NCBI GenBank assembly: GCA_002070955.1 | Contig: MWEK01000002.1 | Span: 27,956 to 91,955 of the forward strand | Direction of reading: 5' to 3' | Origin: Planctomycetes bacterium ADurb.Bin069 | GTDB taxonomy: Bacteria; Planctomycetota; UBA8108; UBA8890; UBA8898 | Length of the DNA: 64,000 nucleotides | Shown here: positions 1-7,740 of the stretch, in pieces | Numbering within the stretch: the stretch's first letter is position 1 | Layout of the letters: each line of letters begins with the position of its first letter | Notes under the pieces: generated by a model | What the model was told of the DNA's origin: nothing | Databases searched by the model: none | Seen by the model: only the letters and a program-made list of their open reading frames with translations | Translations under genes and position numbers: made by a program

Positions 1-959
1 CTTTCGATGTACGCCCCCGTCGTCGTCGTCCCGACCAGGGCGCCCCACATGGTCGCCAGAGCGTCGCAGAGGAGCGGCTTCTCGATCTCCGCCAGATCGC
101 CCTTCGCATCCAGCAGCCCCGCCCGCGAGCAGACGCCGATGAGGGTCCCGATCGTGTCGAAGAAGGCCATTAGAAAGATCGGCAGGAACACCGCCAGCCA
201 GAAGGGCGCCTCGGCGAAGCCGCTGAAATCCAGGTGCCAGCCCGTGACAGGCCACAGGGACGCGATGGCGCTCAAGGCCTTGAAGTCCGGGACGCGGGCG
301 ATGGCCTCCGGCCGAGGCGCGACCCCCAGCATGATGCTCGCCCCATAGATGATCACGATGGCCAGCAGGACGCCGCCCGGAATCCGCCACAGAACGAACA
401 GCCCCATGATGACGAAGCCCGCGATGCCGAGCATGGTCGCCCCGTCGGCAAGGGTGCCGAGCGCGACGGGAGGCGTTTCCGCCCCCGGCGTCCCGTGCGT
501 TATGAACCCGATCTTCTGCAGCCCGATGAAGGCCAGAAACAGACCGATGCCCACCACGAAGCTGTGGCGCAGCGCATGGGGCACGGCGCGCGCCAGGTGG
601 CCGCGCAGCCCGGTCAGCGTCAGGACGGCGAAGAGCGCCCCCGCCATCAACGTCGCCGCCAGGCCTTGCTGCCAGGAGTACTTGAGCCCGAGCACGACGG
701 TGAAGGCGAAGAAGGCGTTTTCGCCCATGTAGGGCGCGAGCGCGAGCGGCCGCCGGGCATAGAGCCCCATGAACAGCGTCCCACCTGCCGCGGCGAGGCA
801 GGTGGCGACCGCCGTGGCCGCCTTCGGCAGCCCGGCGGGGGCCAGAATACCGGGATTCACCGCCACGATGTAGGCCATGGCCAGGAACGTCGTGATCCCG
901 CCCATCACCTCCCGGCCGATCGAGCTCCCGCCGGCTCGAATGCCGAAAAACCGGTCCAT
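1..959 (-). CDS. NCS2/AzgA-type purine (adenine/guanine/hypoxanthine) permease, N-terminal 319 codons; 3' end lies beyond the window start
   Basis: Absent from the ORF track because it runs off the edge. My translation of the minus strand from ATG 959-957 gives MDRFFGIRAGGSSIGREVMGGITTFLAMAYIVAVNPGIL...FFDTIGTLIGV...TTTGAYIE. This is the typical N-terminus and TM pattern of AzgA/PbuG permeases. Confidence 0.8.
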   Translation of the reverse strand, partial: MDRFFGIRAGGSSIGREVMGGITTFLAMAYIVAVNPGILAPAGLPKAATAVATCLAAAGGTLFMGLYARRPLALAPYMGENAFFAFTVVLGLKYSWQQGLAATLMAGALFAVLTLTGLRGHLARAVPHALRHSFVVGIGLFLAFIGLQKIGFITHGTPGAETPPVALGTLADGATMLGIAGFVIMGLFVLWRIPGGVLLAIVIIYGASIMLGVAPRPEAIARVPDFKALSAIASLWPVTGWHLDFSGFAEAPFWLAVFLPIFLMAFFDTIGTLIGVCSRAGLLDAKGDLAEIEKPLLCDALATMWGALVGTTTTGAYIE

Positions 960-983
960 GGCCTCGTCCCGCGCCGGCCGCGC

Positions 984-1466
984 TCAGCGCTTGTAGCCGA
1001 ACCGCCGCAGCATCTGCGCGCGCTCCGCGGCCTCCTTCTCGCCCTCGACGCCGAGCGGCGCGCCGCCGTCGATGACGCCCAGAACTCCGCGGCCGCGCGG
1101 CGACTCGGCGACGATCGCGGCGAGCGGATTGGCGGTGGCGCAGAACACCCGGCACACCTCGCGGCAGGCCTTGATCTCGTTGAGCACGTTGATGGGGAAG
1201 CCGCCCTGCATGAAGACGACGAAGACATGGCCGCAGGCCAAGTCCTGAGCCGCCCGCACCGCCGCCTCGACCAGCGCCGGATCGTTCCCATCGCGCCTGA
1301 TGAGCCGGGGCCCGGACGCTTCGCAAAAGGCGATCCCGAAGCGGATCCGGCCGTGGGCGTTGACCATGACCTCGTACAGGTCCTCGACGGTCTTGATGAA
1401 GTGCGCCTGCCCGATGATGACGTTCGCGTCCTCGGGCAGCGCGATGGCGACCTCATGCAGTTCCAT
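984..1466 (-). CDS. adenosine-specific kinase family protein (PF04008-like)
   Basis: MELHEVAIALPEDANVIIGQAHFIKTVEDLYEVMVNA...IRFGIAFCEASGPRLIR...FPINVLNEIKACREVCRVFCATANP matches the family by eye. Start moved from track start 1634 to ATG 1466, which has AAGGAG 5 nt upstream. It lies 24 nt upstream of the permease gene. Confidence 0.8.
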   Translation of the reverse strand: MELHEVAIALPEDANVIIGQAHFIKTVEDLYEVMVNAHGRIRFGIAFCEASGPRLIRRDGNDPALVEAAVRAAQDLACGHVFVVFMQGGFPINVLNEIKACREVCRVFCATANPLAAIVAESPRGRGVLGVIDGGAPLGVEGEKEAAERAQMLRRFGYKR

Positions 1467-1545
1467 GCGCGTCTCCTTGCCGCGGCCGGAGCGGGTGTCG
1501 GCGCCGACGTCCGGCCCCTTCGGCGCGACCGCGCCCGCCAACGGC

Positions 1546-1574
1546 ACCCTACCCCCGGGCGCAGCCCTTGTCAA
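1546..1574 (-). promoter_or_regulatory. candidate sigma70-type promoter for the kinase-permease pair
   Basis: Read on the minus strand: TTGACA (1574-1569), 17 nt spacer, TAGGGT (1551-1546), about 75 nt upstream of ATG 1466. Confidence 0.35.
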
Positions 1575-1648
1575 TCCCGAAAAAACGCCCGCCCGCCGCG
1601 TCTTACCAAGCGTTGCCCCGTAGGAGACGCGCATACTCGGAGGCGGCC

Positions 1649-2161
1649 ATGCGAATCCTCTGGACGGCTTTTCTGTGCTGCGGATGCGCCGATTTCAGCG
1701 TCGCGCCGGCCCGCGGCCCCGACGCGCCCGGCGTGCACTTCTTCCTGCCCAAACCCTACGTCCTGTTCTGGTGGGAGCGCGAGATCATGTGGAAGTCGGG
1801 GACTCCGATCCACTCGCTCGTCCCGCGCAGTCAAGTCATCCTGCTGCCCGATGTCTCCCAGCGCTACGCGATCACGCAGCGCGCGTGGTGCGCCAAGGGC
1901 GACTTCTCGTACCACCTCAAGGACGGCTGGCGCTTGGAGGCCATCAACGGAACCATGGACACGGGCGAGTTCCTCCGCGCCGTCAAGGAGCCGGCGGCGG
2001 CCGCCGTCAAGGGCGCGTTTGCGCGGGCGGGCGCCTCCGCCGACGGCGCGCCCCCGCTCCCGCCGCCGGTGCTGTACGAACTCGTCTGGCGCGACGACGC
2101 CCGCGCGTACGAATTCCGCCGTGTGGCGCTCGAGGGGCTGACGGCCGTGTCCGCGGAATGA
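1649..2161 (+). CDS. hypothetical lipoprotein
   Basis: ATG 1649 is preceded by GGAGG. The N-terminus MRILWTAFLCCGCADF looks like a signal peptide with a lipobox Cys. I recognise no family. Confidence 0.55.
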   Translation: MRILWTAFLCCGCADFSVAPARGPDAPGVHFFLPKPYVLFWWEREIMWKSGTPIHSLVPRSQVILLPDVSQRYAITQRAWCAKGDFSYHLKDGWRLEAINGTMDTGEFLRAVKEPAAAAVKGAFARAGASADGAPPLPPPVLYELVWRDDARAYEFRRVALEGLTAVSAE

Positions 2162-2175
2162 CCCCGCCCGCGCGC

Positions 2176-2204
2176 TTGTGCTCCGCGCGCGGGCGGCGTA
2201 TACT
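2176..2204 (+). promoter_or_regulatory. candidate sigma70-type promoter of tRNA-Sec/selB
   Basis: TTGTGC (2176-2181), 17 nt spacer, TATACT (2199-2204), about 28 nt upstream of the tRNA-Sec 5' end. Confidence 0.45.
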
Positions 2205-2231
2205 ATGGGCGCTCTAGGTGAAGCCTTCCGC

Positions 2232-2327
2232 GGAGGTGGAGGGGTCCTGGTGGGCCTCCTGGACTTCAAATCCAGCGCGGGGCGAACTTAAGTCCCGGGT
2301 GGGTTCGATTCCCATGCACCTCCGCCA
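2232..2327 (+). tRNA. selC: tRNA-Sec (anticodon UCA), 96 nt including encoded CCA
   Basis: Anticodon stem CTGGA/TCCAG with loop CTTCAAA. D stem is 6 bp (GGGTCC/GGGCCT) with 4-nt loop TGGT. Long variable arm CGGGGC-GAACTTAA-GTCCCG. T arm GTGGG-TTCGATT-CCCAT. Extended acceptor GGAGGTG(G)/(G)CACCTCC, then G and CCA. It lies directly upstream of selB. Confidence 0.9.
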
Positions 2328-2352
2328 CTATTACCCCCGCGGCTCGAGCCCC

Positions 2353-4272
2353 ATGAACGCCCGCGAAGCCCAGGTCCGCAAGGTCATCGGCACGGCCGGT
2401 CATATCGACCACGGGAAGACGAGCCTGGTGCGCGCCCTCACGGGCCGTGACCCTGACCGCCTTCCCGAAGAGCGCCGCCGCGGCATGACCCTCGACCTCG
2501 GGTTCGCGTGGACGGATATCCCGCCCCACGGCACGGTCGGCATCGTCGATGTCCCCGGCCACGAAGGCTACGTGCGCCACATGCTCGCGGGCGCGTCCGG
2601 CATCGATGTCGGCCTCATGGTGATCGCCGCCGACGACGGGGTCATGCCGCAGACGCGGGAACATGCCGACATCCTCGCTCTGTTGGGGGTCCCCGGCCTC
2701 GTCTGCGCGATGACGAAGATCGACGCGGTGCCGCCCGACCTGCGCGCGCTGGCGGCGGATGATATCCGTTCCTTCCTGGCGGGCACCTCCTATACCGGCG
2801 CGCCCATCGTGCCCGTGTCGGCCCAAACGGGCGCAGGGATCGAGGAGCTCCGCCGCGCCCTCGGCGCGGCGTTGAGCGCCGCCGCGCGGCGCGGCGCCGA
2901 TGCGGGCTTCCGCCTGCCCATCGACCGCTCCTTCGTGCTGCTCGGCATCGGCTGCGTCGTCACGGGCACGGTCTGGTCGGGCGGCGCCGCGGTGGGAGAA
3001 GAAGCCGAGCTTCTTCCCCCGAGCCTGCGCGTCAAGATCCGCCAAATCCAGGCGCACGAGCACGCGGTTCCCTTCGCCCGCGCGGGCCAGCGCACCGCCA
3101 TCAACCTGGGCGGCGTCAAGGCGCAGGAAGTGCTGCGCGGTTACACGCTCGCGGCGCCGGGCGCGTTCAGGGCCTGGCCGCACATCGATGCGGCGCTGGC
3201 GCTCCTGCCGTCGGCCCCGCGGCCGCTGGCGCCCTTCGCGCGGGTGCGCGTGCACCTCGGCACCGCCTCGGCGCTCGCCCGGGTCGTCCTGCCCCGCGGA
3301 ACGCAGCTTGCGCCCGGCGCTCGCGGCGTCTGCCAGTTGCGCCTCGAGGAACCCATGGTGGCGGCGCGGGGAGACCGCCTCGTCATCCGCCGGGAGTCGC
3401 CGGTGGCGACGCTGGGAGGCGGAACGGTGCTCCTTCCCGATTCGGCTAGGCTCAGGCCCGGCGACGCGCAGCGTTTCCAGGACCTGGCCGGGCTCGCCGG
3501 CGGCGATTTGGACGACGCCGTGCGGGTGCTCTACAAGTGGAGCGGCCATGCGCCGCCCGCCGTCGAGGATCTCGCCGCGGCGCTCAACGAGCAGCCCTCT
3601 TCGATCCGGCAGGCGATCGAACGGCTCCGTTCCCGGGGCGCGCTGGCAGAGCTGCCGAACGGCATCCTGCTGGAGCACGGCCGCGCCGCGGCGCTCTCCG
3701 AGCGCCTGCGCGCCGAGCTGGAGCTTCTGCACCGCGGCGCGCCGGCACGGCCGCACTTCACGTTCCTGCAGATCGCCGCCGCGTGCAAAGGCGCGGCGGA
3801 GCCGGTCCTCGAGGGCGTGCTGCGCCGCCTCGCGGCGCAGGGCGCCATCGTCGAGGCGCGCGGCGGCTTCGCGCTGGCCGGTCGCGCGCCCACCCTGAAC
3901 CCCGCGGAAACCCGGATTCGCGCGGCCATCGCCGCCGAGCACGACGCACGCCCCTTCAGCCCCGAATCGCCCGGCGCCATGGCCGCCGCGCTGGGCTGCG
4001 CCGAGAATGCCGTGCTCGCCCAATACCGCCTGCTCGTCGAAGCCGCGGAGTACACCCAGATCGCACCCGGCATCTTCTTCCGCGCCGACACACTCCGTAA
4101 GGCCGAGGCCGCGATCCGCGCCCTCGCGGCCCGCATGGGCGCCTTCGCCGTCAAGGACTTCCGCGACGAGCTCGGCACATCGCGCAAGCACGCCGTGCCC
4201 TTGCTGGAGTATTTCGACAAACTGCGGGTGACGGCGCGCAGACCCGACAGCACGCGCGAACTCGCGCCGTGA
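2353..4272 (+). CDS. selB: selenocysteine-specific translation elongation factor SelB
   Basis: GTAGHIDHGKTSL (G1), DVPGHE (G3), MTKID (G4). About 640 aa with a long C-terminal winged-helix-like extension. Start moved to ATG 2353 because the track ORF start overlaps the tRNA. Confidence 0.9.
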   Translation: MNAREAQVRKVIGTAGHIDHGKTSLVRALTGRDPDRLPEERRRGMTLDLGFAWTDIPPHGTVGIVDVPGHEGYVRHMLAGASGIDVGLMVIAADDGVMPQTREHADILALLGVPGLVCAMTKIDAVPPDLRALAADDIRSFLAGTSYTGAPIVPVSAQTGAGIEELRRALGAALSAAARRGADAGFRLPIDRSFVLLGIGCVVTGTVWSGGAAVGEEAELLPPSLRVKIRQIQAHEHAVPFARAGQRTAINLGGVKAQEVLRGYTLAAPGAFRAWPHIDAALALLPSAPRPLAPFARVRVHLGTASALARVVLPRGTQLAPGARGVCQLRLEEPMVAARGDRLVIRRESPVATLGGGTVLLPDSARLRPGDAQRFQDLAGLAGGDLDDAVRVLYKWSGHAPPAVEDLAAALNEQPSSIRQAIERLRSRGALAELPNGILLEHGRAAALSERLRAELELLHRGAPARPHFTFLQIAAACKGAAEPVLEGVLRRLAAQGAIVEARGGFALAGRAPTLNPAETRIRAAIAAEHDARPFSPESPGAMAAALGCAENAVLAQYRLLVEAAEYTQIAPGIFFRADTLRKAEAAIRALAARMGAFAVKDFRDELGTSRKHAVPLLEYFDKLRVTARRPDSTRELAP

Positions 4273-4372
4273 AGCCCGCGGGACATGGGGAAGCCCCCAA
4301 CCGGCGCCACCGCGGCGGCCCCGAACAACACGCAAGGCCCGCGCGGCTCTTCGCCGCGCGGGCCTGCATATC

Positions 4373-4446
4373 TGGCTGGGGGACAGGGATTCGAACCCCG
4401 ACTAGAAGATCCAGAGTCTTCCGTCCTACCGTTAGACGATCCCCCA
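4373..4446 (-). tRNA. tRNA-Gln (anticodon CUG), 74 nt with encoded CCA
   Basis: Minus strand reads TGGGGGATCGTCTAACGGTAGGACGGAAGACTCTGGATCTTCTAGTCGGGGTTCGAATCCCTGTCCCCCAGCCA. Acceptor TGGGGGA/TCCCCCA, anticodon stem GAAGA/TCTTC, loop CTCTGGA. Confidence 0.9.
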
Positions 4447-4715
4447 GCATCGCCGCCGGGCGCGGCCGCACGCGTCCGCCGCGCCCGTCCTTGCGGGTAT
4501 CGGCGGGATGCGTCCGCGAACTGACCGCTCGCGCGCCGGTTCCGGTACTTTTATCGTATCCGGCGCCCTTTGACAAGGGGCGGTTCCTTGGCGCGCGGGG
4601 TATTATCGGAAGAGCGGCGCCGCCGATTCGCTCCAGCGCGGGCGGCCCGCAGCCGATGCTTTGTCTACGGGCGGCGCGCCGCGCGTGGTTTCCGCCGCCA
4701 CACGGGAGGAAGACA

Positions 4716-5759
4716 ATGCGCACCCGCACCGCTGCGGCTTTTCTGCTCGCCTTCGCCGCGGGCTGCACCACGGAACCGGTCAAGGAAACGGCAATCACCC
4801 GCGAGGGCGGCCGGCCGGCGGCGGCCGGCGGCCGCCGCGCGCTCACACCGTGGGTCGTCGACTTCGCGCCGCCGCGCGCGACGCTCCAGGAACTCCACGA
4901 CGCCGTTTCGCCCTACGGGAGCTGGATCGAGGTGCCGATCTACGGCGAGGTCTGGAAGCCCGATCCCGGCCTTGTCGGACTGGATTGGACGCCCTACACG
5001 CGCGGCCGCTGGGTGTACACGCGCTGCGGCTGGTGCTGGATCTCGGATTTCAAGAAGTGGGGCTGGGCGCCCTTTCATTTCGGACGCTGGGCCTCCACGG
5101 CCCTCGCCGGTTGGGTGTGGATTCCCGGCACGGTTTGGGCGCCGGCGCACGTCGCCTGGCGCGAAGGCCAGGGGTTGCTCGGTTGGTCCCCGGTGCCTCC
5201 GGGCTACTCCGTGAGGGAAGTCATCATGCGCGGGAGCTCCGCGCGCGTTCCGCGCGAGGGTTGGGTTTTCGTCGAAAAGGAGGACTTCACTTCGCCCGAT
5301 CTCGCGCGCCGCCTGCTCGCGGACGACCCCAACCGCTTGCTCCTGCGCTACACCCGCCGTATCACGAGCTGGGTGCAGATGGCCGGCTCGCAGGAGTGCT
5401 TCTTCGTGGGGCCCCATCGCGAGGCGCTCGCCGAGGATATCAGACAGGACATTCCGGTCTGGACCTTCGCGGCGATCGCGGAGACGTTCACCCACCGCGC
5501 CCTGGCGGACGGCGCTCAGTTCGCCGAGGATGCGGTTGTCGCGGGACGCGAGCTGTCGGAAGTCAAGCCGGACACGGACTGGAGCGTCACCGTGGCGGGC
5601 CCCGGTTCGCCGCGCAAGCTGCCGCCGCGGCGTCTCTCGGCATATAACTCCTCGGGAACGGGCCCTCAGCCGCAGATGATCCCGATGCCGCCGCAGCCGG
5701 GCCCGCAACAGCCGCCGGCCCTGCCGCCGCCGCCGCCGCCCGCGCCTGCCAGGGGATAG
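4716..5759 (+). CDS. Trp-rich repeat lipoprotein with proline-rich C-terminus (hypothetical)
   Basis: ATG 4716 follows GGGAGGA. MRTRTAAAFLLAFAAGCTTE gives a lipobox. Repeated aromatic motifs: YGSWIEVPIYGEVWKP, RGRWVYTRCGWCWIS, KKWGWAPFHFGRWAS, GWVWIPGTVWAPAHVAW. The C-terminus reads PQPGPQQPPALPPPPPPAP. Confidence 0.7.
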   Translation: MRTRTAAAFLLAFAAGCTTEPVKETAITREGGRPAAAGGRRALTPWVVDFAPPRATLQELHDAVSPYGSWIEVPIYGEVWKPDPGLVGLDWTPYTRGRWVYTRCGWCWISDFKKWGWAPFHFGRWASTALAGWVWIPGTVWAPAHVAWREGQGLLGWSPVPPGYSVREVIMRGSSARVPREGWVFVEKEDFTSPDLARRLLADDPNRLLLRYTRRITSWVQMAGSQECFFVGPHREALAEDIRQDIPVWTFAAIAETFTHRALADGAQFAEDAVVAGRELSEVKPDTDWSVTVAGPGSPRKLPPRRLSAYNSSGTGPQPQMIPMPPQPGPQQPPALPPPPPPAPARG

Positions 5760-5807
5760 CGCGCGCGTCGCACCGAACCGCCGCCGCCCGCGCCGCGGGC
5801 GCGCGCT

Positions 5808-6206
5808 TCATCCCACGAAACCGCTCGCGTGGTAGCAACACACGGCGAAGTACGGCGCGCCGACCAGAAGGAAGCACATCCGGCCGCGCCGAACGCGCGG
5901 CAGCAGCACGCACAGGACGCCCAGCGCCGCCATGGAAACGACCACCTTCAGCGCCACGAAGAACTCGGGCCCCATGGCGAGCACATAGTTCATCAGGGGA
6001 TTGATCTCGGTCGCGCCGCCGCGGACATGGATCACCGTGCATGCCGTGTCCAGCACGCACAAGAGGAAGATCACGCACGCCCACGCCGCGGTCTCGGAAA
6101 ACGCGAGACGGCCCCGCGCCGCCGCGCACGCGCCTCCGGTCTCGACGCGCCGCCCATCTTCCCGCGCGGATGGCTGGAACGCGATAAGTCCTGGCTGGCG
6201 GATCAT
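5808..6206 (-). CDS. small polytopic membrane protein, DUF5658-like
   Basis: ATG 6206. The motif LDTACTVIHVRGGATEINPLMNYVL plus 3-4 hydrophobic helices resembles DUF5658. Assigned from memory of the family motif. Confidence 0.55.
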   Translation of the reverse strand: MIRQPGLIAFQPSAREDGRRVETGGACAAARGRLAFSETAAWACVIFLLCVLDTACTVIHVRGGATEINPLMNYVLAMGPEFFVALKVVVSMAALGVLCVLLPRVRRGRMCFLLVGAPYFAVCCYHASGFVG

Positions 6207-6334
6207 GGCGTCAATTCAACCACGCCGCCCCGCGCCGGTCAATCCCTCGGTCCTAACTCGAAATCCGTCGCGAGGATGAAAGCTCCGCCGCCACCCACCT
6301 CTCGATTCCAGTCCGCGCCGCGCCCGGCAGGCCC

Positions 6335-6378
6335 GGAAAACAAGAAGAGACGCGGGCGCTCTCGCACTCGCGTCTCTT
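6335..6378 (-). terminator. Rho-independent terminator downstream of the 32-aa Lys-rich gene
   Basis: Minus strand: a 10-bp perfect stem AAGAGACGCG/CGCGTCTCTT (6345-6354 / 6369-6378) with a 14-nt loop, followed by CTTGTTTTCC. Confidence 0.55.
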
Positions 6379-6401
6379 CCGCGGTTTCTGCGAAGAAGGG
6401 C

Positions 6402-6500
6402 TTACTTCTTCGCCCGCTTCTTGGCCTTCTTAGGCGCTTTCTTAGCCTTGGTCGCGGCTTTCTTCGCCGGCGCCTTCGCTTTCTTCACCTTCTTGGCCAT
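6402..6500 (-). CDS. 32-aa lysine-rich basic microprotein (histone H1/Hc1-like composition)
   Basis: MAKKVKKAKAPAKKAATKAKKAPKKAKKRAKK. ATG 6500 has GAGGAGGAG 5 nt upstream and a terminator follows. The track ORF 6402..6656 has an implausible N-terminal extension. Confidence 0.55.
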   Translation of the reverse strand: MAKKVKKAKAPAKKAATKAKKAPKKAKKRAKK

Positions 6501-6729
6501 CGTGCTCCTCCTCTGAAAAACAACCGGTGACGAACACTGAACAACTACGCCTCGCGCCGACCGCTGCATGCGGACTTGCCGGCTTCGTCCGAACCCGCTT
6601 CCGCAACCTCCGCGTTCCGGAGCCCGCGTCACGCTGCGACGACCAGCGCGCCACATGATACTCCGGGATACCTAGGCATGCCAAGGGAAAAACCGCGACG
6701 CGCGGGAATTTTTCGCCCGCGGCGCGCGG

Positions 6730-6787
6730 CACAACAACGAAGGCGCGGCGCGCGGAGCCCTGTCGGGATCCGCGCGCCGCGCCTTCG
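6730..6787 (-). terminator. strong hairpin terminator after the 6830-7726 gene
   Basis: A 19-bp perfect stem (6738-6756 pairs with 6769-6787) with a 12-nt loop. On the minus strand it is followed by TTGTTGTG. Confidence 0.5.
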
Positions 6788-6829
6788 TCTCCGCCTCGCC
6801 GCCGGTGCGGCGGCATCCTGCGCCCGCGT

Positions 6830-7726
6830 CTACTCGTTCATCTCCGACGCGACGAACTCGAAGCTCTGCAGACAGCTCTCGATCTGCGGCGCGGCGCCGC
6901 CATCCTCCGACCACACGCAGTTCACCATGCAGGTCGCCTTGCCGACCCACGCAAGAATCTGGCGGATCCGATACTTGGCACCCGCGTGCACGCCGCGGCT
7001 GACGATCTCGTAGGCTTCCTGCAGTCCCACCTCCCGGGGCCCTTCCTCCAGCAGCGTCCAATCGGAGAACGCCGCCTTGATCTGCTCCACCGCGGCCGTC
7101 GTCTGCATCCGCCGGCTCAGCTCGCGCGCGAAGATGGTGCCGGCCATGCGCGCCGCGATGCCGCCCGCGTCTCCGCGCGGCTCTTCGATCACCCAGGCAT
7201 CCGGCAGCGCGGAGAGCGTCCAGCCCTGCGGCAGCGATGCATACAGCCCGCGGAAGATTTTCCGCCGCTCGCCGAGCGCAACGGCGCTCGCGCCGCCGAA
7301 ACGCTCGACCGCCGTTTCGGACGGCCGCGCCGGCGCGGGCCGGCGCTCCTCGCGAAAGATCGCCAGCGCCTCGGCCGGCAGCGGCGGGAGCAGAATCTCC
7401 CGTTCGACGACGGCGTCCCTGCCGTCATTGGCCGCGACGCCTTCCTTCCCCTTCGCCTCGAGGCTCTCCTTCTCGCCCGCGTCGAACACGATATTCTCGA
7501 TGAAGCGCGACAAGAGCGTCACCTTGCCGTGCTCCCAGGCGATCACGACGGCGACGAGCCGGTTCGTGGCGGGGTCCTCCACGACCTCCTTGATGGCGCC
7601 GTGGATGATGTATCCGTTCTTCATGAAGACGCTGCCCGCGTACAACGAATGACAAGAGCCCGCCGCGAGGCTCAGCGCCGCCGCACACCAGGCCGCGCGC
7701 ACCGCTTGCTGCAACCGCTCCCGCAT
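6830..7726 (-). CDS. hypothetical exported protein/lipoprotein
   Basis: ATG 7726 is preceded by GAGGAG; the alternative GTG 7744 overlaps the upstream stop as GTGA. Signal-like MRERLQQAVRAAWCAAALSLAAGSC. It carries the recurrent VFMKNGYIIHGAI module described in findings. Confidence 0.6.
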   Translation of the reverse strand: MRERLQQAVRAAWCAAALSLAAGSCHSLYAGSVFMKNGYIIHGAIKEVVEDPATNRLVAVVIAWEHGKVTLLSRFIENIVFDAGEKESLEAKGKEGVAANDGRDAVVEREILLPPLPAEALAIFREERRPAPARPSETAVERFGGASAVALGERRKIFRGLYASLPQGWTLSALPDAWVIEEPRGDAGGIAARMAGTIFARELSRRMQTTAAVEQIKAAFSDWTLLEEGPREVGLQEAYEIVSRGVHAGAKYRIRQILAWVGKATCMVNCVWSEDGGAAPQIESCLQSFEFVASEMNE

Positions 7727-7740
7727 GTTCCTCTCCTCGT

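Noticed and set aside
1467-1545. Purine riboswitch in the leader of the adenosine-kinase/permease operon.
   Set aside because: The leader lacks the conserved purine-riboswitch core (no UAUA...GAUAUGG...CCGUAAA-type elements). Only generic GC hairpins are present.
234-2141. Very long ORFs on the strand opposite to, or out of frame with, recognisable genes. Examples: 234..2141(+), 2266..4335(-), 18173..20626(-), 26859..30848(+), 32949..35357(+), 35529..38018(+), 42299..44293(+), 51113..53065(+), 59933..62920(+).
   Set aside because: Their translations are Arg/Pro/Gly/Ala-rich low-complexity strings. They overlap genes with clear family motifs (permease, selB, ATPases, ftsH, etc.). They are the stop-codon-poor shadow frames expected in very GC-rich DNA.
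1649-5759. Selenoprotein genes (in-frame TGA plus SECIS) next to selC/selB.
   Set aside because: Neighbouring ORFs are complete without read-through. The Cys cluster CCGC in the 1649 gene is a lipobox context. I saw no split ORF pair separated by a single TGA.
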